Assembly: GCA_032718475.1 (NCBI GenBank)
Contig: JAUCBJ010007293.1
Span: 1,165 to 65,164 of the forward strand
From: Nemertoderma westbladi
Taxonomy: Eukaryota > Animalia > Xenacoelomorpha
Length of the DNA: 64,000 nt
Reading direction: 5' to 3'
This document shows, piece by piece, positions 50,524 through 63,300 of the stretch. Made by a program: the position numbers and the translations under genes. The notes beneath the pieces are model-generated. The model saw only the letters and a program-made list of their open reading frames with translations. It did not search any database and was not told the DNA's origin. How positions within the stretch are numbered: the first letter of the stretch is position 1; the number at the start of each line of letters is the position of its first letter.

Positions 50524-52822
50524 ATTAATGAAAACCCATCATGGTGGGAGCTCTGTTAAATTGTTGTATATCGAACTATATATATTCAAAGGTCATATGC
50601 ATTGTAGTGTCATCTAGCTCTCCATCCCCATCTTATTCTAAGACCTTGGACATTTGGAGCAAGTCGACTACTGGTTTGAAACATTTTTTGAATACATCAT
50701 TGATAATAGCCAAAAGGATGGGCATACCATGGCATGTCTACCAGAAAGGAGTATCTTTTACAAAGTCAGATCTGTGATGAGTCTCAACATACCTTCCACC
50801 AATCTTGGAATTCAATGTCAATATTTAACTTATATATAGTTACTTATAGTTAGTTACTTATAGTTATATAGTTACTTATAGAATTTTGCTGCCAACACGA
50901 AAAATACCTAGGCGTATGAACTAAAACATTACAAATATTGCAATCAACTACACATCCAAAGAAAGCGATATAGTACAGGATTTGTATGGTTTTGAGCAAC
51001 TTTATAATTTTGATTAATTGATTTATATTTTCAAAATTTCTGACATGGGTGCGAGAAAGGTCCTGTATCAAAAAACGGGTGAGTAGCAGTTTTCTGTTCA
51101 TTTGAAAGAGGAATCGATTTGAAGAAAATTCAAGAAGTGTCACGGTCATACCTAGAAATGTCAGCGGCTTTTAAAATGGATTAGGATTCCGAAACGAAAT
51201 CCTGATATAACGGAAATGACCCCCCTCCCCTATGGTAGGTAGGGTTAAAGAGAGAATATACATACTATGCTTTGCGCTTACAGGTGGTTTATATTCTTTA
51301 AGTAATTAAATGCTAAATGCACAGTTAAAAGATTCTGAAAATAAAATTTGAACCACAAATAATTAATTAATACCTAATAAATAATTATTTATAATTTAAA
51401 TATTAACATTACTTTTTCTACGTTTTTTTCCATTTAATACGTAATTTTATTCTAATATTGGTAATTTTTGTTTAATAAAAGATAGACGAAACAGTGTTAC
51501 AAAATAAATTGAATTGTAGTATTTTACTCATATTGCTTCCATTGTTACTGCGATTCAAATTATTGTACTATTCAATTCCTATTGCTGCCATACTCAATGT
51601 TTAATAATTTAGTGTTTTCGAACATTTATTACGTAACTAGGATATTGAGTTCCATTGAGGAGTACTCCTTGTAGACACTAAAGTTGTAATATCGTCTTCC
51701 TAATAGTGAAAACAGTTTTTAAAAATATTGGGAAATTTTCAAGTTATGGCACCTTTATTAACCCTACTTTTGGCACTTTATTTGAGACGTATTTGAAACG
51801 TATATTTTCATGAAAATATGATTTTATTTTTGTTGGTGTTCGTTTTTTTGGTGTTCACAATTAGATGTAATTCATATAAAATAGCTAGAAATTTCAGACT
51901 TGTTTTTTCGGCGGGTGCCAAATTTTGGTGACAGCACCTAATTTTGAAATATATCAATTTTGTATTTTACGCAATATTGTTAGTTTTATGTGTTTCTGCT
52001 TTTGATGAAATATATGCGAGTTGCATCAGGCATATCATTTCGGTGCTGTGTGCAAAATGTGGTGCCAGCAGAAAATTTTGGAAATCCATTGTGGTGGGAG
52101 TGTGTGGGCTCAGCTCCCGACCGTGGACTGTTCGTTAGGCTGTTTGTTTCTCTACTCGCTAGCTAACTAGCTTATCTGGATAGCTGCCGGGTCTAGTTGA
52201 GAGAAAATCAGTTGTTTTATCGGTTGTTTATATTTCTGGTTGTACACTACTAGACTTGTAAAGTGCAGTATCCTAACTAGTATCCTAGCTAGTGCTAGAA
52301 GTGCAAAATGTTGCGGCCTCCGTTCTAATAAATCGCCAACTGATGTGGTATCCAGGGTTCAGCCTGGTATAAGTAACGCCAGCTGATTGCCAACTGTGAA
52401 TTGATAATAGTACCAATGGTGGCCTTAAGAGTTGATCCGCCTTACACATTGGTTGTTTAACAACATGCTATATGTGTCCCCTTTTTTATTTATTGCACAT
52501 GAGATGAGTGAGCTAATTAACTCACTCACTAGCCCGATGTTTCTTCCAGCAGCCTATATTGGTGATTTGGCCCACGACCCACTTTGAAATGCGGTCTGAG
52601 TCCGCTAACACCCCCCCCCCCCCCATGCTATCTTCCTGCTTGAAGATAGCATCAAGCATAAAGTGCGCTCCATCCATATCCATAATCAAGGGATTTCGAT
52701 ATTTTATCGAATATGAGGTGGGAATCTCTTCTCTGGGGTCAGTTTCCCAAGCTGGCCCACTGGGTCTGATGTCTCTACCCAACCTTGACATACCTGCGAT
52801 TCCAATGTCATAGTTATTAGGT

Positions 52823-53729
52823 TGTATTGAAAAATATCGAGACATGAAAAATATTGAGAGTAAAAATAAGGCGTATAAAAATATCGAGTGTTAAAAATTT
52901 TCGATAATTTTGAGAGTTCAAAAAATATTGAGAGTAAAAATATCGAGTGTTGAAAAATAACGAGAGTAAAAATATCGAGAGTAAAATAAAAATATCTAGA
53001 GTAAAAATATCTAGAGTAAAAATATCTAGAGTAAAAATATCGAGTGTTGAAAAATATCGAGAGAAAAATTCTCGAGAGTAAAAATAATGAGTGTTGAAAA
53101 ATTTCTAGAGTAAAAATTTCGAGTGTTGAAAAATATCAAGAGTAAAAATATCAAGAGTAAAAATATCGAGCGTAAAAATAACAAGTATTGAAAAATAACG
53201 CGATTAAAAAATATCGAGCGTAAAAATATTGCGAGTAAAAATAATGTGAACATTTTATTTAGAATTATGGCACAATATTGCACAACAGTGCAATATTCGG
53301 GTACAACAGTGCAAGTGCAAATAAATGGCATTAATACACCTTGGTGGATGATACCCATTGACCATTATACTAGCTAGTTCTTGCTATTTTTTTTATAATT
53401 ATTATAGATGTGCTACTGTAGCTCTCAATTTTGATAAATATTTTTGTTCTAGAACACATCTTTTTTGTTCTATAACATTTTTAGGAAACAAATTATCATA
53501 TAACCCTTATTTTAAAAATTATTACTCTCGATAATTATCAAAACTCGTTATTTTTATTCTCAATATCTTTCAAGGCTCTATATTTTTACTCTCTATATTT
53601 TTACTCTCGATATTTTCGATACTTTTCAACACTATTATTCTTATTCTTAATCTCGATATTTTTATCTTTTCTTCATCTCACGTTATTTTTACTCTTGATA
53701 TTTTTCAAGTCTCGATATTTTTCACCACA
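52823..53729. mobile_element. Foldback element with arms built of ~15-bp GAGTAAAAATATC subrepeats (partial copies at 21500-21812 and 63275-64000)
   Basis: Left end tgtattgaaaaatatcgagacatgaaaaatattgagag; right-end reverse complement tgtggtgaaaaatatcgagacttgaaaaatatcaagag. Confidence 0.75.
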
Positions 53730-54016
53730 TGTTGAAAATAGATAACTTAACAAATAGATTGTGAAAAAGTGAGCAAGTTACACAAGTTAGAAATAAAACA
53801 TTTGTGGTTGGAATTTGCATTTGCATGGTGAAGTTATGATTTTATGTAAAAATTCATGTTTAGCATAAATTGTTCACGGTTAAATGCTTGTTCGGGTTTA
53901 CAGTGTAGATTAACATCTGCATTTTCAGGTCGTATACCCACCCCTGCGGCCGAGTATATGGATGGGTCCTTTATCCAGGCCCAAAGAGACCTATTTCAAA
54001 TAGATACGTTTATGAA

Positions 54017-55300
54017 ATGGCATATGAAAATAATTATATTATCTCAAATGGTGGAAGTACAAAGAGCTGGAGAAATTATATGTTGTTGGCCATTCTGCTG
54101 GTGTATCAAATGATACCAGGTTGGTGTCACAATCTATTGGAGACCTTCTACCCAATAGTTGTGGAAGACCGGGATTGGTCGAAAACTCTTATTGGTGCAT
54201 TACTTGCAATGTTTTCATTGGTCAGACTCATAATATACATTACTTTCCCACATTCTATCAACAATTGGGGAACACATATCTCTTTGGGTCTATTTGGCAT
54301 TATTGGGGCACTTTCACAGTTAGCCTTTGGGTTTGTAGAATATATCCCGTATCATAAGAAGGAATTATATACAGTCACATGTTTTTCACTGCGCATCATC
54401 GAAGCTGTTGGACTCAACATTAGTTACATGTATTCTTTCAGTCTATTGATGGAATTGTGGCCGACACAAAGAACATTATTAGCTAGTCTAGCAGTTGTTT
54501 TCAGCAACATAGGATTCATGGTTGCACCAGTTTTTGGTTCTACAGTTTTTGCTGCTTTGGGTTTTGAATTCCCATTTATTATATCAGGATTAATGTTTCT
54601 CATTGTCATCCTTTACTGCTGGATAGAATCACCAGCTTATCTTCATGACAGATGTGAATCGACAGAAGTCAGACCAACTTATATTGGAGTTCTGAGGAAT
54701 CCAGCTGTTTCAGTCATATTTATTTTGAATGCATATTATAGCTTAATTATATCATTTACCGCTACGAACTATGCTGCATACATTTATCACACCTACAGTG
54801 TGAACCAATACAACATTGGTCAGATTTATATGATATTTCCGATTCTTCTATTTATCAATGGTCTAACAATGACTTTAATGATAAAGAAGTTGAATCATAC
54901 TGTCATACCAACGGTAGTTGGTTCAATGATACTAGCAGTATCAATGCAACTAATAGGCCCCACAGAACTACTGGGGTTACCTCATGATATTTCCATCTCT
55001 ATTGCTGGATGTGCTCTAGTAGGATTCGGATCTGGAGTATTTCAAACACCTGCTCTGGAAACCCAAACACGACTGTCTGTGAATGTGTGTGGTTATCCTG
55101 ATAATGTTGATACTAGATCTCTTCTCCAACAAATGTTTAGAATAGCAACATCTATCGGAGTTATTATAGGTCCTATTTTTGGTGGATTTCTCAATGATTA
55201 CTTTGGAATGCAAGCAGCAAGTTCGCTTCTAAGCCTGTTGGGATTGCCTTTTATAATATCTTTGGTGGTTGTGTTTGCTTTTAGATTTCGTGTTGGCTAG
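54017..55300 (+). CDS. SLC18B1: Intronless MFS transporter, SLC18B1-like (class I), 427 aa; the most complete copy
   Basis: Uninterrupted ATG-TAG frame, about 12 TM segments and SLC18B1-like motifs; possible splice acceptor TTTTCAG at 53922-53928 upstream. Confidence 0.9.
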   Translation: MAYENNYIISNGGSTKSWRNYMLLAILLVYQMIPGWCHNLLETFYPIVVEDRDWSKTLIGALLAMFSLVRLIIYITFPHSINNWGTHISLGLFGIIGALSQLAFGFVEYIPYHKKELYTVTCFSLRIIEAVGLNISYMYSFSLLMELWPTQRTLLASLAVVFSNIGFMVAPVFGSTVFAALGFEFPFIISGLMFLIVILYCWIESPAYLHDRCESTEVRPTYIGVLRNPAVSVIFILNAYYSLIISFTATNYAAYIYHTYSVNQYNIGQIYMIFPILLFINGLTMTLMIKKLNHTVIPTVVGSMILAVSMQLIGPTELLGLPHDISISIAGCALVGFGSGVFQTPALETQTRLSVNVCGYPDNVDTRSLLQQMFRIATSIGVIIGPIFGGFLNDYFGMQAASSLLSLLGLPFIISLVVVFAFRFRVG

Positions 55301-55604
55301 GTTAATCAAAACCATCATGGTGGGAGCTCTGTTTAATTGTTGTATATAGAACTATATTTGAACTATGAACTGTACAGTTTGTCTTATTTTATGTTTTAGC
55401 ACTGGTAATTGATATTCCCCTGACTATTAATGTTGTTTGGTGGTCATAACTAAATCATTCTTCTGATTAGAAAGAAGAATCATTAATGATGACTAAATTA
55501 TATAATAAGTATAAAAATTTCATATCATTTTTCCGGAATGGTTTTATATAACAGTAGTTTTTAAGCAAAGGGGATGAAAGGGAGGAACGGTGAAGAGGAA
55601 ATAT

Positions 55605-56799
55605 CGGCTACACACGGCTACTACATCGGCGCCTTACGGCAAATGCTTCAGCTAAAGAGATGTACAAGACCCAGCTGAAGAAATTCATCGATAAGGGATA
55701 AACACCCATAACTGAGAGAACGTATTATCTAACCCATCATTACGTTCCCAAACCTGGTAAACCCAACGAAGTCCGGGTAGTATTTGACGGCTCCGCCCTT
55801 TACATGGGCCAATCCCTTAACTCTGAGTTGTTGCCGGGACCCAACTTACTCCAATCCTTGTTGGGAATACTCTTAAGATTACGGCAATATTCGATCGCCT
55901 TCGCCTCGGATATAGAAGGCATGTTCTTACAAGTTAAGGCGCTGGATAGGGATCGAGACAGCCTACAATTTCTGTGGTGGCCTGAAGGAGACCTCAACCA
56001 AAAACCGTTGGAGTACTGGATGACCATCCAGGCTTTCGGGATCATCTCGAGCCCCTCGAACGCCTGTTCAGTAGTGCGCACCACTGCTGATGACAACCGA
56101 GACGTCTTCTCTAAAGCGGTTATCGACAACATCAAACGGGATATATACATGGACGATAATTTAAAGTCCCTCCCATCGGTGGAAGAAGCCATTGATGTTG
56201 CCAAGGGAACGGTAGAGTGCTTGAAACGCGGTTGATTTCGACTAACTAAATTCACAAGTAACTCCCGTGAGTTTCTGGAATCGATCCCGGTAGAAGACCG
56301 AGGTGTTAAAGATCTGGACCTAATCAAGGACGATCTTCCAGAAACCAAGACGCTTAGTTTGAAATGGGACACGGAGAGAGATATCCTGTTTTTCCAGCTA
56401 AAACAGCGAGATAATCCAATTCGAACTAAACGGATTTGTCTAAGTATCCTGAGCACTTATTTCGATCCATTGGGATTTATTAGCCCAGTTATATTGGTTG
56501 CTCGGAGCTTAGTGCAACAAATGTGGCTTGAAAACCACTCGTGGGACGATCCACTTAAGGGAAAACTACTAAAGAAGTGGATGAAATGGGAAGATTCTCT
56601 ACCATCCATCGAGAACTTTACGATTTCCCGTTCCTGTTTTGGTCACGTTCTCCCCACGTATTCCTATCAACTCCATGTGTTTGGAGACGCCAGCGATATG
56701 GGAATAGGTATAGTAGCCTACCTGAGGGTTGAAACTCTGGATGGAATTAAAGTTGCCTTGGTTACCTTTTACCCCACGCTAGAATTAGAAGTGAGTTAA
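55605..56799 (+). pseudogene. Bel/Pao pol fragment (RT and start of RNase H) with in-frame stops
   Basis: ORFs 55804-56235 and 56359-56799 lie in one frame. Confidence 0.88.
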
Positions 56800-57257
56800 A
56801 AGAACAATAAAGCTTGCCCCATTGAATAGCATAAGGAATAAATAGCATACTGCTAGTATCCAAGTATACATAATAATAACGTGGCATTCTGGAAGGCACT
56901 TGACTAATGGACAAATGGCCCGAATGTGTACAATTTGTGACAGTTGTGTGGAATTTGTGCGTTTATAGGTGAATGTTACTACTAAAGTGTGTTTACAGTA
57001 GCGAGTCGCAATTGTGAAAGTAGCCCTACCTCTGCAGTAATAACCTGAAGTAAATCTTAGCCCTTGGGACGGACAGTGGAGTGACTCGCGCTGGTTGTTG
57101 TTGTCATTGTGCAGCTACTATGTTGGCGATAGGCACATAGGCGACAGTACATCAGCGCTGAGGATCTTGCGCTGTCCGGGGGCCGTGAGGGGAAGTCAGC
57201 GACGCCCGCTAGCCTAATTATAACTCATTATAATATTGATAAACTCATATAGTAGCT

Positions 57258-58810
57258 ATGACTGAGTTGATAGAAGATGATCTTGGTATCAGAGAGCGAT
57301 ATACTCTACCGTTGCAAGCATTTGTTGATAGCTTAATACGCGGCGACGCTGGTCCAACTACTACGGAGGACTATGGTCGTTATATCGAACCACCAATGTC
57401 CCAGGAGCAACTCACTCGTGAATTGGACTATCAAAAATTCACTGCTCGCTATACGCATCGTAATGGTACGCATATGGACTTCTTAACTACTGGTCATCCT
57501 ATCGATTTACACGATGCGGACGATGTCGACACCAAAAGGGAAATGGCCCTATTTAAATATCCTACCCAGCGCAGTCGGAACGATAAACTGAAAATCGAAT
57601 GCAAAAATTCTATTCTAAATCGACTCGAAAGAGAAGACGTTAAAGAACCTGATAAACGCGGTAACTCCAACATATATTTGGAATTCTTGAGAGAAACATT
57701 GTAAAACCAAATAAATATCACCTGCGTTTCCCCTACAAGACGTGCGTCTTTGGTATTATTGCGATGAATGCCCAAGACCCAACCAACAAACGGAAAGACA
57801 TAAACATCCGCGGAGACGTTGCTCTAAACACAGTTTTACTCGCTATATTTACGGGAGTTTCGAGCGAAACGTGTTCGATGTATCACCTACGCTCGCTCGA
57901 CTCAAATGATCCTTAAATAAACCTATGATCAGAGTTCCGGAATACTCGGTCAGACCTCCTCACTCCCTAGTGAGACCTCAGACCCTTGATCCTAATAGTA
58001 TCACGGATCCTCCCGAGCTGTACTCACTGTTCAAAGATCTAGTGTTACCCGAACAATTAGTCGGTGGCACTCAGGTTGTGGGCTCCCTAAATATTTGCCC
58101 ATCTTACCTAGTCAGATTGGGACGCGGACATCTAATATCGCCATTCAACCGTATCATCGTCCCGGTTTAACCCGATACAACCTGTCACCGAGGCGGAGGA
58201 GAGAGTTGTACGAAACGCGTTGGACACTATTCGTCAAAAGATCGGAAAAGGAACCTACAATTGTTTAGAGAAACGTAAATTGCAGCAGCAAGTCCAAGCG
58301 GTAAACGAATTAGCTTTATCTCAGTTCGATCAGGAAATCCAGAATCTCTAAGAAGATATCGAACTTGGATGACTCTACTCTAAAAGAGTTTTAGACGAAT
58401 GCTTTCAACGACAAGCGGAGGAAAATCAGCTCGAGGGGAAGCATATCGATCCCGATAGAGCCCGAGAATGCGAGTTGGAAAGAATAATCAAACCGAGGAA
58501 ATTTCTCACTACACACGGTCCACCTACCGCTCTCGTGCAAACGACCCGTCAGGGACCAGTAAGAGCTGCTGTCTTAAAACGCGCTCTTTAAGGTTGTTCG
58601 ACCTCGTTCCACTGAGGCTAATACCGATCAACGGGTACCTCGACCGGCGGATACACCGACCGTAATTCCAAACCTTCCGATGCAATTGTATTGCACCCTT
58701 CACCCAGGAGTTATAGCCCTCCTAGTAGAGTGGCTCGCCCCAAAGAGAAAAGGACTCTTGCTAGCCTCAAAAAATTGCGTAAATGCAGTCCTCGCAAGAA
58801 AGACTAACTG
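57258..58810 (+). pseudogene. Degenerate unknown ORF between pol and the 3' LTR (first 148 codons open)
   Basis: ORF 57258-57704 continues after a frameshift as ...WYYCDECPRPNQQTERHKHPRRRCSKH...MIRVPEYSVRPP...; no family recognised. Confidence 0.5.
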
Positions 58811-58885
58811 TTTAGAGTATTTTTATATTTTAGAAACTGTGATTTTTTATATTTTATAGAATTAAATCCCATTTTCTGGGAGCGG

Positions 58886-60049
58886 TGTAAAGGCTTTTGC
58901 GGATCTAGCTAGTCATTTTCCCTGCAAAGTACTCTGTAGGTGTTTTAGCGGACATAAAAAGCCGTTTTCTTACTGTGTAGGTGTTTTAGTGGACATAAAA
59001 AGCAATTTTTCTGTATGTGTACTTTAGCGGACATAACAAGCCATTTTTATGCCGCAATACGCCAAAATATTCTTAATACAGTATAGTTCAGATGACGACA
59101 TCTATCAGCTGATATGTCGACGTGGAGCTTTTCTTTGTTCTTTGTTCGGCTCGACCAATCAGAGCGATTTTCATTTTATTTGCACAGAAGCCTCCGGGAA
59201 ATTGCGCAATGCATTATGGTCTTTGTTTACCTTTTTTCCTGAGCCCAGAACATCGGCTGTGGAATTATTCTGTGTTTCAGACTTTAGCCAAACATTAGAA
59301 CGGCTTTGATCATAGAAACGTATAACTGTTATCCTGGCATACCAGACTCACCTTACCTTTCACCGCATTATTTTACTGCTATTTACTGTCGGTTATTAAT
59401 TGTTAGAAGTTGATTGATATGTTGTTATATTTGGAGAATATCGATGAATAATCATAAAACCCCAATCTTCTTGATATACTGAAGGTTAGAGAGACCGGTT
59501 ACATATAGCAATTGCGACTTACATTATAGTGGTTTTGGAGTGAATTGAATGCTATTTCATAGACCCTACATGTGTCAGTTGCTGTTCTCCTTATATATGA
59601 TCAAATTTAGTGAAGGTCGGCAGATCAGTGTGCAGCAGTGTGAGGTAGTGTGCATGAGTGTGACAGGTAACAAAGCATTTCCTAAAGAATGCGCTTTATA
59701 CGAAAATCATTAGCCATCCCGTTGTGTTTAGTGTAAGTCATAACTCTGTTTACATACTTAGAGCGCCACGTCCTAAAGGAACTGTTAATATTTCCCGAAA
59801 GTGAATAATATTTGTCAGAGATTATATATTAACGATCAATCGAATAATACAGTAGGTCTGCACCGCAATAAGGTCAGAGCATCCGAATCCAGTCTCCCTT
59901 AACCGTGGGTGAATGATCGCGCATAGGCTGGCTTCGGCTAATGTAGCTTTATGTGTATCAAATACTTGTTATAGGCTAAAGTCGATTTATAACCTAGAAG
60001 ACACCTAAATTTGGCAGGTTAAACTGCTAAAGGTCTAAAAGCGTGAACA
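58886..60049 (+). repeat. Putative 3' LTR (~1.16 kb)
   Basis: Imperfect inverted termini TGTAAAGGCTTTT ... AAAAGCGTGAACA; MFS sequence resumes exactly after it (acctgctccgg). Confidence 0.7.
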
Positions 60050-60308
60050 ACCTGCTCCGGAAACCCAAACACGATTGTCTGTGAATGTTTGTGGTTATCC
60101 TGACAATGCCCGGCAATGTTGACACTAGATCTCTTCTCCAACAAATGTTTAGAATAGCAACATCTGAGTTATTATAGGTCCTATTTTTGGTGGATTTCTC
60201 AACGATTACTTTGGAATGCAAGCAGCAAGTTCGCTTCTAAGCCTGTTGGTGTTGCCTTTTATTATATATTTGGTTGTTGTGTTTGCATTTAGATTTCGTG
60301 TTGGCTAG
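60050..60308 (+). pseudogene. 3' remnant of an SLC18B1-like pseudogene
   Basis: Matches 18500-18762 and 50261-50523, with extra small indels. Confidence 0.88.
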
Positions 60309-63300
60309 ATTAATGAAAACCCATCATGGTGGGAGCTCTGTTAAATTGTTGTATATCGAACTATATTCAAAGGTCATATGCATTGTAGTGTCATCTAGCT
60401 CTCCATCCCGATCTTATTCTTGGAGCAAGTCGACTACTGGTTTGAAACATTTTTTGAATACATCATTGATAATAGCCAAAAGGATGGGCATACCATGGCA
60501 TGTCTACCAGAAAGGAGTATCTTTTACAAAGTCAGCTCTGTGATGAGTCTCAACATACCTTCCACCAATCTTGGAATTCAATGTCAATATTTAACTTATA
60601 TAGACATGGGCTTAGAAATTGCAAAAAGTAAGTGTTTGATGCTGCTCAATTGTATGACAACACCTTTCGGTTTATTCGTAAAATCTTCACAAAAAGTGAA
60701 ATTGCTGTACTTCTGGGTGGTACTAATCAAAGCACTTTTTGTGACTATTTATTCCAAACTACATAAGTCATCTTCAAAACCACTCACAAATTTTGAAATA
60801 AATATGCACACACCATTAGATTTTGATCCCGGGAGTTATTCAGCTGTGAAACCAATAGTACAACATGTCATGTCAGAGTCTGGCATCCAAGTTGACGATG
60901 AAGAAGACTCTATTGCCTACAATGATCAAAACATCCCTGCACGTAAGACATAATAATGTGAAGATTGATGGTAGCCCATTTGTGTTACTTTTGAAACTAA
61001 TTCAGGAGAAACATTCTGAGTGGAGCACAATATCTTCTTCTGAATCCAGTATTTGGACATATAGAGCATAACATGATAAAGGCAGTAGAGGGAAGTTTTG
61101 GTTGGGATATAGTATAGTATTTCACCAATTTGCCATGACTAATGGATTTGAAAGTGACAAAGCTTTACTATTTTTAAAGTCAATGATAAATTAAGATGAA
61201 ATAAGTTACTCGGATGAACTCCAGTTCATTACGATTGAATTCAAAATCACAGAAAACCTGTCAATCGCGGGAATTTACTATAGGTCAAATAGTGATAATT
61301 TTGAAACAACAAATTTTGAAAGTTTCTTGCAGCACAGAATTTTGCTGCCAACACGAAAAATACCTAGGCGTATGAACTAAAACATTACAAATATTGCAAT
61401 CAACTACACATCCAAAGAAAGCGATATAGTACAGGATTTGTATGGTTTTGAGCAACTTTATAATTTTGATTAATTGATTTATATTTTCAAAATTTCTGAC
61501 ATGGGTGCGAGAAAGGTCCTGTATCAAAAAACGGGTGAGTAGCAGTTTTCTGTTCATTTGAAAGAGGAATCGATTTGAAGAAAATTCAAGAAGTGTCACG
61601 GTCATACCTAGAAATGTCAGCGGCTTTTAAAATGGATTAGGATTCCGAAACGAAATCCTGATATAACGGAAATGACCCCCCTCCCCTATGGTAGGTAGGG
61701 TTAAAGAGAGAATATACATACTACAGTATGCTTTGCGCTTACAGGTGGTTTATATTCTTTAAGTAATTAAATGCTAAATGCACAGTTAAAAGATTCTGAA
61801 AATAAAATTTGAACCACAAATAATTAATTAATACCTAATAAATAATTATTTATAATTTAAATATTAACATTACTTTTTCTACGTTTTTTTCCATTTAATA
61901 CGTAATTTTATTCTAATATTGGTAATTTTTGTTTAATAAAAGATAGACGAAACAGTGTTACAAAATAAATTGAATTGTAGTATTTTACTCATATTGCTTC
62001 CATTGTTACTGCGATTCAAATTATTGTACTATTCAATTCCTAATGCTGCCATACTCAATGTTTAATAATTTAGTGTTTTCGAACATTTATTACGTAACTA
62101 GGATATTGAGTTCCATTGAGGAGTACTCCTTGTAGACACTAAAGTTGTAATATCGTTTTCCTAATAGTGAAAACAGTTTTTAAAAATATTGGGAAATTTT
62201 CAAGTTATGGCACCTTTATTAACCCTACTTTTGGCACTTTATTTGAGACGTATTTGAAACGTATATTTTCATGAAAATATGATTTTATTTTTGTTGGTGT
62301 TCGTTTTTTTGGTGTTCACAATTAGATGTAATTCATATAAAATAGCTAGAAATTTCAGACTTGTTTTTTCGGCGGGTGCCAAATTTTGGTGACAGCACCT
62401 AATTTTGAAATATATCAATTTTGTATTTTACGCAATATTGTTAGTTTTATGTGTTTCTGCTTTTGATGGAATATATGCGAGTTGCATCAGGCATATCATT
62501 TCGGTGCTGTGTGTAAAATGTGGTGCCAGCAGAAAATTTTGGAAATCCATTGTGGTGGGAGTGTGTGGGCTCAGCTCCCGACCGTGGACTGTTCGTTAGG
62601 CTGTTTGTTTCTCTACTCGCTAGCTAACTAGCTTATCTGGATAGCTGCCGGGTCTAGTTGAGAGAAAATCAGTTGTTTTATCGGTTGTTTATATTTCTGG
62701 TTGTACACTACTAGACTTGTAAAGTGCAGTATCCTAACCACAGCTAGTGCTAGAAGTGCAAAATGTTGCGGCCTCCGTTCTAATAAATCGCCAACTGATG
62801 TGGTATCCAGGGTTCAGCCTGGTATAAGTAACGCCAGCTGATTGCCAACTGTGAATTGATAATAGTACCAATGGTGGCCTTAAGAGTTGATCCGCCTTAC
62901 ACATTGGTTGTTTAACAACATGCTATATGTGTCCCCTTTTTGATTTATTGCACATGAGATGAGTGAGCTAATTAACTCACTCACTAGCCCGATGTTTCTT
63001 CCAGCCTATATTGGTGATTTGGCCCACGACCCACTTTGAAATGCGGTCTGAGTCCGCTAACACCCCCCCCCCCCCCATGCTATCTTCCTGCTTGAAGATA
63101 GCATCAAGCATAAAGTGCGCTCCATCCATATCCATAATCAAGGGATTTCGATATTTTATCGAATATGAGGTGGGAATCTCTTCTCTGGGGTCAGTTTCCC
63201 AAGCTGGCCCACTGGGTCTGATGTCTCTACCCAACCTTGACATACCTGCGATTCCAATGTCATAGTTATTAGGTTGTATTGAAAAATATCGAGACATGAA

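Larger units (their letters stand above)
46321..53456 (+). repeat. Segmental duplication unit B (copy of 14964-21812)
   Basis: Near-identical sequence with copy-specific indels. Confidence 0.92.
55605..60049 (+). mobile_element. 5'-truncated Bel/Pao retrotransposon: RT/RNase H fragment, extra ORF, PPT, 3' LTR
   Basis: RVVFDGS, SLNSELLPGPNL, SDIEGMFLQV, YMDDNL, FDPLGFISP, LHVFGDAS; purine tract GGGAGCGG immediately before TGTAAAGG. Confidence 0.8.
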
